Positions 8,675 through 15,500 of a stretch of 24,000 nt of DNA are shown here, piece after piece. Under the pieces are notes generated by a model. That model was not told the DNA's origin. It saw only the letters and a list, made by a program, of their open reading frames with translations, and ran no database searches. The stretch covers positions 32,172 to 56,171 of the forward strand of contig JAAESX010000231.1 in the NCBI GenBank assembly GCA_024228935.1. Direction: 5' to 3'. A program made the position numbers and the translations under genes. The DNA comes from Pseudomonadota bacterium. Lineage in GTDB: Bacteria > Myxococcota_A > UBA796 > CAJQPC01. How positions within the stretch are numbered: position 1 is the first letter of the stretch; each line of letters starts with the position of its first letter.

Positions 8675-9951
8675 TCGGTGTCGTCCGCTGCGAAGAAGGT
8701 GGACACGGCGTCCCGGTGTTCGGGGGCCAGGTCGCGGTGCCAGGTGGCGTCGCCCGCGGACATCGAGGTGGCCTCGGCGCCGGCGAACTGGCGGGTGGGG
8801 TCGACCTCGGCGTCCGCGAAGGCCTCGCCCAGGAGCATCGTGTGCTCCAGGTCGAGCTCGGCGCCGGGGGGCAGGATGGTCGGCTGGAACAGGGCGCTGC
8901 GGTCTTCGGCCTCGTCGCCGAAGGTCAGGTCCGCCGTGCCCGGTCCGCGCGTTATGCCGCCCTGTCCGGGGTCGCCGCTGCCAGCCAGGCTGAGCGCGAC
9001 GTCGCACTCGCTGGGGTTGTCGCAGGTGCCCTCGCCCTCGATGAGCTCGGCGCTCTCGAGGCGGACGCGGCCCTGGTCGATGGCCTGCTGGATGGCGTCG
9101 CCCAGCGCCTGCATCTGCTCGGCGGAGAGCTCGGACATCTGGGCCTGACCGGCCTCGCCGCGTGGCATGTCCTTCAGCTTCTCGGCCAGCTCGGGGGGCA
9201 GGTCCAGGCTGAAGCCCACCTCCTGGAGTGCGTCGAGCGCCTGCTGCATCGCCTTCTCGGGCGGGGCCTGGCCGTCGCGAGCGCGGGCCATTGCGTCCTC
9301 GGCGCGCTTGGCGGCGTCGTCCAGGTCCTCGGCCATCCGCCCCATGCGGTCCTCGGTGGCGTCGAGCGCCTCGAGCTGCGCCTCGGTGGCCTCGGTGGCC
9401 TTCTCCAGGTCCCGGATGTTCTCCTCGATCGCCTCGACCTCGGCCTCGTCCAGCTCGGCGACCTCGTCCAGGGCCTCGAGCTGCTCGTCCAGGTGCTCGA
9501 TGGTGGCCTCTGGGATGGCCGGCGCGGGCGGGGTCGGCGGGGCCGAGACCGGGATCAGGAAGGCGACGGCCAGGAACCCGGCGCCGGGGAGCGGCCAGGT
9601 CCAGGGCAGCGACAGGGTGGGCGCGGCGACCGAGGCGGGGACGGGCCAGCGTGGGTCCGGCTTCTCCAGCGCGGTCAGCACATCGCCGCGTCCGCCTCCG
9701 GCCCGGTCGAGCCAGGCGGCGGCGGTGGCGTCCGTGATGAAGCGGGCGCGCGCGACGACTAGCGCGGTCAGCGGCACGACGGCCAGCGGGATGAGGGCGG
9801 GCCACCAGGCGTCTCTCAGCCACAGTCGGAACACCAGGACGGCCGTCCCGCTCAGGAACAGGGCGACGGCGGCGTGCCGGAGTGCGGCGCCACCGAAAGC
9901 AGCCCACGCAACCCGTCGGCGGATGGCCGTGATGCGCTCGGCGATGCTCAC
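8671..9951 (-). CDS. Hypothetical membrane protein (426 aa): N-terminal TM segments plus a long hyper-acidic coiled-coil-like region; possibly DUF4175-like
   Basis: Track ORF; the start codon is GTG (9951-9949) with AGGA about 9 nt upstream. TM-like segments ALRHAAVALFLSGTAVLVF, WWPALIPLAVVPLTALVVA and GAGFLAVAFLIPV. Then EATIEHLDEQLEALDEVAELDEAEVEAIEENIRDLEKATEATEAQLEALDATEDRM... The C-terminal LAPEHRDAVSTFF resembles a P.eYr..v..YF tail I associate (from memory, unverified) with DUF4175-type proteins next to MoxR/DUF58. Confidence 0.65.
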   Translation of the reverse strand: MSIAERITAIRRRVAWAAFGGAALRHAAVALFLSGTAVLVFRLWLRDAWWPALIPLAVVPLTALVVARARFITDATAAAWLDRAGGGRGDVLTALEKPDPRWPVPASVAAPTLSLPWTWPLPGAGFLAVAFLIPVSAPPTPPAPAIPEATIEHLDEQLEALDEVAELDEAEVEAIEENIRDLEKATEATEAQLEALDATEDRMGRMAEDLDDAAKRAEDAMARARDGQAPPEKAMQQALDALQEVGFSLDLPPELAEKLKDMPRGEAGQAQMSELSAEQMQALGDAIQQAIDQGRVRLESAELIEGEGTCDNPSECDVALSLAGSGDPGQGGITRGPGTADLTFGDEAEDRSALFQPTILPPGAELDLEHTMLLGEAFADAEVDPTRQFAGAEATSMSAGDATWHRDLAPEHRDAVSTFFAADDTE

Positions 9952-10028
9952 GCGCTGGTTCCTTCTCGACTCACGGTCTTGTTGTCACCTCGGCTCATGG
10001 ACAGAACGTGCAGCGGGCGAGGAGTCTT
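9952..10028 (-). promoter_or_regulatory. 77-nt intergenic spacer, the only plausible internal promoter site ahead of the MoxR cassette
   Basis: Visibly lower GC than the flanks. It is the largest gap in the 15-gene array. I could not identify a convincing -35/-10 pair or a terminator hairpin. Confidence 0.25.
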
Positions 10029-11315
10029 TCAGTGCAACGTCGGCACCCACTCCATGTAGCCCAGCGCGGCGCCGATCTCGGTGTTGAGGCGCCACTCGAG
10101 GGTACCGTCCGGGGAGACCTTCTCGAGCTGTCCGCCCGTGCTCCACGTGACCAACCGAGCGCCGTCGGGGAGCCTGGCCACGTTGCCCAGGGCGTAGTTG
10201 AAGAGCTCGGGCTCGGTCCGGTAGGTGTCGACCTCCTCGGCCGTCCCGCCCTCGGTGTCGAGCGTGTACTCGACCACGCGGCTGTCCAGGTCGTCGGTCG
10301 TGCCGTTGTCGAAGACCAGCAGGCTGTCGCCGTCCAGATCGAACTGGTGCTGTTCGAGCGTGGTGCGGCGCTCCGCCTCGCCGACCAGCACGAGCGTGCC
10401 GTGCTCGCCGATGGCCCACTGCTCCTCGCCGGTCTGGGCATCGACGTGCACCACCGTGTTCAGGTTTCGAATCGACAGCGTGTATGCGTCGAGCTCCTCG
10501 CTGTAGTCGACCGCATTGGCGTGCGTGTAGTTCCGCAACATCTCGGGTGTCTTGGCCAGCTCCTCGGTCCAGGGCCGGTCGTCCCAGCTCGTCCAGATGG
10601 TCTCGAGGTCATCGCCGTGGACCTCGACGATGGAGTCGCCGGTCACCAGTCGGCCCTCGATCTCGCGCTTGTCGCTGACGATGGCGGCGTAGCCGTCGGG
10701 CAGGAGCGCGAAGTCGTGATGGAAGCCAGGCACCTGGATCGTGTGGATCGAGGTCTGCTCCCAGTCGACCTCGATGATCTCGGAGACCCGTCCCTCGGCC
10801 TCGATGTCGTTGGTCGAGGTGCCGAAGACGACCCCGCTGCCGTCCGGGAGGAGCCAGGCGCGCACGACCAGGATGTCGTCGCGGGCGTCCTTGAACCACC
10901 AGACCGGCGTGCCTTCGTGGTCGAGGATGAGCGGCCCCGAGGCGGCGCTGACGAACGTGCCGATGATGAACCCGCTGTCCAGCGGCTCGCCGAAGGTCTC
11001 GACGTCCATCTCCGGGATGTCGGTGGGCACGTTGCCCGTGCTGATGACGCCGCTCTGCGTCCGGCCGTCGTCGTGCTGGACCGTGTAGCCGTAGCTGCGC
11101 TGGGGGCCGAGCCCGACCACGAGCGCCGTGCCATCGCCCTCGAACTCCTGCACGAGCGCGCCGTCGAGGCGGATCTCCACCGTCGCCGGGCCCTCGTCCC
11201 AGGTCAGGCGCGCGACCGTGGGGATCGACTCGGCGAGCTTGACGTGGACGGGCAGATCGCCGAGCGCGGTGGGGTCGGCGCAGGCCAGGAGGAGAAGCAC
11301 TCCCCTTCCTATCAC
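10029..11315 (-). CDS. Arylsulfotransferase (ASST) family beta-propeller lipoprotein
   Basis: Motifs FHHDFALLPDG, YTHANAVDYSEELDAYTLSIRNLNTVVHVDAQTGEEQWAIGEHG and EQHQFDLDGDSLLVFDNG match the ASST family pattern as I recall it. I prefer the GTG at 11315-11313, giving (M)IGRGVLLLLAC with lipobox LLAC, and overlapping the upstream TGA (11312-11314) as GTGA. The track start at 11435 adds Arg-rich nonsense. Confidence 0.72.
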   Translation of the reverse strand: MIGRGVLLLLACADPTALGDLPVHVKLAESIPTVARLTWDEGPATVEIRLDGALVQEFEGDGTALVVGLGPQRSYGYTVQHDDGRTQSGVISTGNVPTDIPEMDVETFGEPLDSGFIIGTFVSAASGPLILDHEGTPVWWFKDARDDILVVRAWLLPDGSGVVFGTSTNDIEAEGRVSEIIEVDWEQTSIHTIQVPGFHHDFALLPDGYAAIVSDKREIEGRLVTGDSIVEVHGDDLETIWTSWDDRPWTEELAKTPEMLRNYTHANAVDYSEELDAYTLSIRNLNTVVHVDAQTGEEQWAIGEHGTLVLVGEAERRTTLEQHQFDLDGDSLLVFDNGTTDDLDSRVVEYTLDTEGGTAEEVDTYRTEPELFNYALGNVARLPDGARLVTWSTGGQLEKVSPDGTLEWRLNTEIGAALGYMEWVPTLH

Positions 11316-12541
11316 TCCGGGGCGGAGGAATCCTCTCTCGTCGGCTGGGCGAGCACCTCGTCGGCGAGCTCGACCAGAGCGCCCTGGAACGACGGGGCCC
11401 AGCGCGGGTCGACGAGGCGTGCCTTCACGAGCCACACGTCGGCGGCTTCGGCGTCGCGGTGGACCTCGGGGTCGCGACCAGGGGCGAGGTACGGCGAGGT
11501 CAGGGCGAGCTCGTGCAGGGCCTGGCGGATGACCAGCGCGTCGATGCCATGGCGCACGTGGACTCGGACCAGGACGGGGACGAAGCGGTCCGGATCGGAC
11601 TCGACGATGGCCTCGAGCAGGGCCCGGTTCGGGACCGTGACGGCGCGTCCGTCGTCCCCGACCAGCTCGACGTAGCGGAGCCCGACGGTGCGGACGACGC
11701 CGGCCAGGTGTCGGCCATCAGCGTGCAGCTCGACCCGCTGGTTCTTCACGAGCCGGTGCTCGACGACCAGCACGACGCCGGCGATGACATCCCGCAGGAC
11801 GTCCCTCGCGGTCCAGCCCACGGCGAGCGCCGCCCCGATGAAGACGTAGGCGGGAGCTGGGTTCACGCCGTGCGGCAGGATCATCAACCCACCCACCAGC
11901 ACGGCGGCCAGGGTCGACAGGCGCAGCACGACGACCAGGCCGCGGAGCCCGAGCGGGATGAGGCCGCGCGAGGGGAGCGTGGCCAGGGGGCCGTTCTCGA
12001 TGGCTCGGGTGATCAGGACGAGGAGGATCGCCAAGAGGCCCGACAGGAGGGCTCGACGGAGCGAGGGCTCCGGGGTGACGGGCAGCAGGCGGTGGTGCTC
12101 GGGCTGCGGCGCGGGCGCTGGCTCGGAGGCGTCGGGCTGGGGGGCCGGGGGCGAGGGCTCGGTCGGGTCGGCCGCCGGCTCGGCGTCCGGGTCGGCGGGC
12201 GTGCCCTCGGGGGACTCCGCCTGTCCGGGCTCGGTGGGGGCCTCCGGACCGAACAGGGTCCCGTCGACATACGGCGCCCCCTCCACCACGATGCGTCCGG
12301 ACAGCGGGTCGATGACGTCGACGCCGCGCTGGAAGCCTTCGGCCGGCTGGAACCCGTCGGGCCAGGGTCCGAGGACGTGCTCGCGCGCGCCGTCGTCCTC
12401 CGGTGGCTGCCATGGCTCGGGCGGGGCTGTGTCCTCGGGGGGAGCCGTGTCCTCGGGCGGGGCCGTGTCGACCGCCTCGTCGGGCTCGACGGGCGTGACC
12501 TCGACGGGGTCCTGGGCCAGGGCGAGAGCGATCCAGATCAT
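11312..12541 (-). CDS. MscS-family mechanosensitive channel-like protein with a Pro/Glu/Asp-rich exported N-terminal extension
   Basis: Core FIGAALAVGWTARDVLRDVIAGVVLVVEHRLVKNQRVEL..GRHLAGVVRTVGLRYVELVGDDGRAVTVPNRALL matches the MscS TM3 plus beta-domain pattern, preceded by three TM segments. Start is ATG 12541 (MIWIALALAQDP), overlapping the upstream TGA (12538-12540). The track ORF (to 13201) is over-extended. Confidence 0.75.
   Translation of the reverse strand: MIWIALALAQDPVEVTPVEPDEAVDTAPPEDTAPPEDTAPPEPWQPPEDDGAREHVLGPWPDGFQPAEGFQRGVDVIDPLSGRIVVEGAPYVDGTLFGPEAPTEPGQAESPEGTPADPDAEPAADPTEPSPPAPQPDASEPAPAPQPEHHRLLPVTPEPSLRRALLSGLLAILLVLITRAIENGPLATLPSRGLIPLGLRGLVVVLRLSTLAAVLVGGLMILPHGVNPAPAYVFIGAALAVGWTARDVLRDVIAGVVLVVEHRLVKNQRVELHADGRHLAGVVRTVGLRYVELVGDDGRAVTVPNRALLEAIVESDPDRFVPVLVRVHVRHGIDALVIRQALHELALTSPYLAPGRDPEVHRDAEAADVWLVKARLVDPRWAPSFQGALVELADEVLAQPTREDSSAPE
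12416..12469 (-). repeat. 3 x 18-nt imperfect tandem repeat encoding (DTAPPE)x3 within the MscS-like gene
   Basis: Plus strand reads ctcgggcggggctgtgtc / ctcggggggagccgtgtc / ctcgggcggggccgtgtc. The protein reads DTAPPEDTAPPEDTAPPE. Confidence 0.9.
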
Positions 12542-15500
12542 CCGTCCAGCCCCCTCTCCCGAAGCACGACGCGCAGCGCCGCGGCCAGGTGGCCGGCCAG
12601 GGCGTAGCGGCCTCGCCGAGTGCGGCGCACCAGGCCCAGGTGGGCGAGCCGCGACAGGTCCGCGCCCGAGTGGTCGGGGTCCCGGCGGAACTGACGCGCA
12701 TGGAGCGAGACGTCGATGCGACCCTGCCGCGCCAGCTGGCGAAGGGTGAGCAGGGACTCGTCGTCCAGCGCTCGCACCGAGGCCAGCGGCGCCGCTGGTA
12801 CGTCCCCGAGCACGAGCACGTCGTTCTGCGTGTCGACCTCGATCACCGAGGCCATCCACAGCCGCAGGGCATCGGACAGCAGACCACCCGTCGCCTCGAA
12901 CAGGTCCTCGAAGTAGTGCTCCTCGATGCGTTCGTCGGCGCCCCCGCGCGAGGTCGCGCGCCGCAGCCACTGGCCGAGATGGGCGTCGGTCTCGGCGAAG
13001 CGCAGGCCGTACCCGCTCATCCGGTGCCGCCCCAGGAGCGCCCGGCGCAGCGAATCGGGGTCCAGCGGGCCGAGCTCCAGTCGGTGCGGGAACACGTCGC
13101 GCATGCTGACCACGCGGTCGGCGTAGGCCCAGACGCTGGGGTCGATCGACAGCACGAACGCGTTGTTCCCGTCGTCGTCGATGACCTCTCGGGCGAAGCA
13201 CCGCAGCGCCTCGAACCCGCCCGGCTCGATGGAGAACAGCCAGTGCGCGCCTTCGACGACGACGACCACGCCGCCGGTGGCCTTGGCCTCGATGCGCTCG
13301 ATCTCGGCCAGGTCCCGGACCGGCTCGGTCAGCACGTGGCGAGCGACCTTGGCGGGCAGGCCCCGGACCAGCGCGTTGACCGCGGCGCCGCGCGTGTCTT
13401 CCCCGCTTCCCAGGATGGCGACCGAGCGGCTGCGACCCGCGCCCTCACCGACCAGGACCCGTCGCAAGGCCTCGAGCTCGAGCTCCCGGCCCTCCAACAG
13501 GTCGGTGACCTCGAGCGCGGCGTCGCTGAACAGCCGCCGGAAGACGGCGGGCAGCTCGATGGCCGGCCGGACCTCGGCGAAGGTCTCTGGTCCGACCTCG
13601 GCGGTCGCGGTCTCGGGGAGCCCCAGGGACCGGCGGATGGTCGCGTAGCCCTCGGGGCCCATCGCGCGCTGGACGGCCTCGCCCAGGTGGTCCCTCAGGT
13701 CGGTCAGTGACTCGGCGCCGCCGGTGATGAGGCGCCGGCGTCGGGCGAGCTTGCCGCGGTTCAGTCGGCGGCGGACCTCGTCCCACTGCCCTCCGACGAG
13801 CAGTCCGTGAAGGGCCTCGATGTGTCGGAAGACGGCGTCCTGGATGCGGCCGGCGGCGTCGGCGCCCAGCTCGCTGTTCGCCGCGTGCAGCTGGCCGAGT
13901 CGTCCCGCCAGGCGCTGGAGGGTCGCCAGGAGCGTCTCCCGCAGGATCTCTCGAGCGGCGACGGGCACCACATCGGCCTGGGCCAGCACGGTCAGCTCGG
14001 TGTGGGTCAGGTCCAGGTTGAACTTGAGGCTGCGCTCGAGCTCCTCCATCCCTCGCGCGATGACCTCGACCTGCTCGAGCAGCTCCTCGACCAGCAGCGA
14101 CAGGTCCCGGCCCACCTCGGCGTCCAGGTAGGTGGCGGCGAGCTCGCGGAAGGCCACGTCCTCGATGCGCGGCGCAGCGGGCAGGCGTCGTCCCGACAGG
14201 CCGGGCGGATTCACGGCGACGTCGAACCGGTCGGTCAGTCCGTCGACGCTCCCGGCCAGCGCGTTGCGTAGGGGCTCGATGGCGGTCTCGGTGCGCAGAC
14301 CGGCGCGAACGGTCTCAGCGACCGAGAGCGCGTCGTCGACCACGTGCAGGATGGCGGTGCAGGCCGTCCGGATCCGGGCCTCGAGCTCGTCGGGCCCCAC
14401 GTCGCTGGCGATGTCTTCGTCGAGCTGGGTGATGGCCGCGTCCAGGGCCTCGACGATGCGCCCGAGCTGCAGCACGACCTTGCCGGACAGGTCGCGGGCG
14501 AGCGTGTCCGAGTGCGCGTCGACGGCGTCACGGGCGCTGTCCGCCAGCCGCACGAGCTGGAGCTCCATCGCCATGCCGGCGGCGACACCACGGGTCAGCA
14601 GGTGGGCGTGTCCAAGGCCCTCGAGGAGCTCGCGGATGGCCTCCTCGCGCGCCTGGTAGACCTTGCTGAACCGGTAGTGGCGAGAGCGCAGCTCGGGCGT
14701 ACCGGCGATGGCCAGCGCCCGGTTGAACTGCTTGTAGGGACGACCCAGCGCGGCCGCGGCCACCCGGACGGTCTCGTCGGCCAGCCGGTCGACCTCGCGC
14801 TGGGCGAGCTGGAACTCCTCCTCGAGCTCCCCGCGGAGCGAAGCGAGCAGCGGGTCCCACGAGCCCGGCTCGAAGTCGTCGTGCGCGAGCAGCTCGTCCT
14901 CGCTCTTCCGCAGGACCTCGAACACGTTGCGCGTGCGGGCCAGGAGGTGTCGCTCGGACAGGGCCATGAGGCCGGCCAGCTCGCCCAGGTGCAGGGGCGC
15001 GTGGCCGGACAGCGTGAACCGGGCCAGTGGGCGCAGCTCGACGATGCGCATGGGCTCGCCGAGGCCGATGGCCCGAGCCGCTCGAACCAGGCCCTTGTTG
15101 AGTCCGAGCCAGGGGCCGTCACCCGGCCGGGCCGCGACCAGGCGGTCCTCCAACGGGACCTCGGTCGCCGAGGGGAGCGCGTCGACGAGCCGGTCGATGG
15201 CCCGGAGCATCTCCTGCAGCACGTCGGCCTCGCGCCGGAAGTCGACGCTCGCGGCCCGGTCCAGGATGTGGTCCTCCCAGGTCCGAGCGAGCTGGGCCCG
15301 GCTGTCCCGCACGGCCCGCGCCATGTCCTCGCGGGTCGTGTTGGGGTCGCAGGCCTTCACCTGGAGTCGGCGGTGGTAGCGCAGGAACTCCCGCCGGAGC
15401 TGGCCCAGGAACTGCTGTGCGGTCTGACGGCGCGCGCTCGTGGTGCTCGACCGGACCTCGCGCGTCAGGGTCTGGAGGTCACCCTTCAGGTTGCGGCTGG

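Noticed and set aside
7652-9907. 751-aa minus-strand track ORF
   Set aside because: The N-terminal about 410 residues are an out-of-frame shadow of the 426-aa gene. The MoxR protein starts at ATG 8674, overlapping the upstream stop.
9948-9998. 16-codon mini-ORF (MSRGDNKTVSREGTSA) in the spacer, whose TGA overlaps the GTG start of the 426-aa gene as GTGA; a possible leader peptide
   Set aside because: It is too short to support. Its codons (AGT, CGA, GAA, GGA, GGT) do not follow the strong third-position G/C bias of the real genes, and I see no Shine-Dalgarno upstream. It is worth a look only if ribosome profiling data exist.
9952-10028. Possible terminator or promoter in the 77-nt spacer (CCTCG ... 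CGAGG pairing)
   Set aside because: The stem is only 5 bp with a loop of about 27 nt and no U-tract. No convincing -35/-10 hexamers are present. I kept it only as a low-confidence regulatory spacer.
10029-11435. 468-aa version of the ASST-like protein
   Set aside because: The added 40 residues are Arg/Gly/Pro-rich and overlap the MscS-like gene. GTG 11315 yields a proper lipoprotein signal and a GTGA junction.
12541-12800. Reading the C-terminal winged helix of the giant protein as proof of DNA binding (a membrane-tethered transcription factor)
   Set aside because: STAND/ORC-type NTPase modules contain a structural winged-helix domain as part of the NOD. Its presence alone does not show DNA binding, so I kept it only as one hypothesis.
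11312-13201. 629-aa minus-strand track ORF
   Set aside because: The upstream 220 residues are Arg-rich and overlap the giant gene's 3' end. The MscS-like protein starts at ATG 12541.
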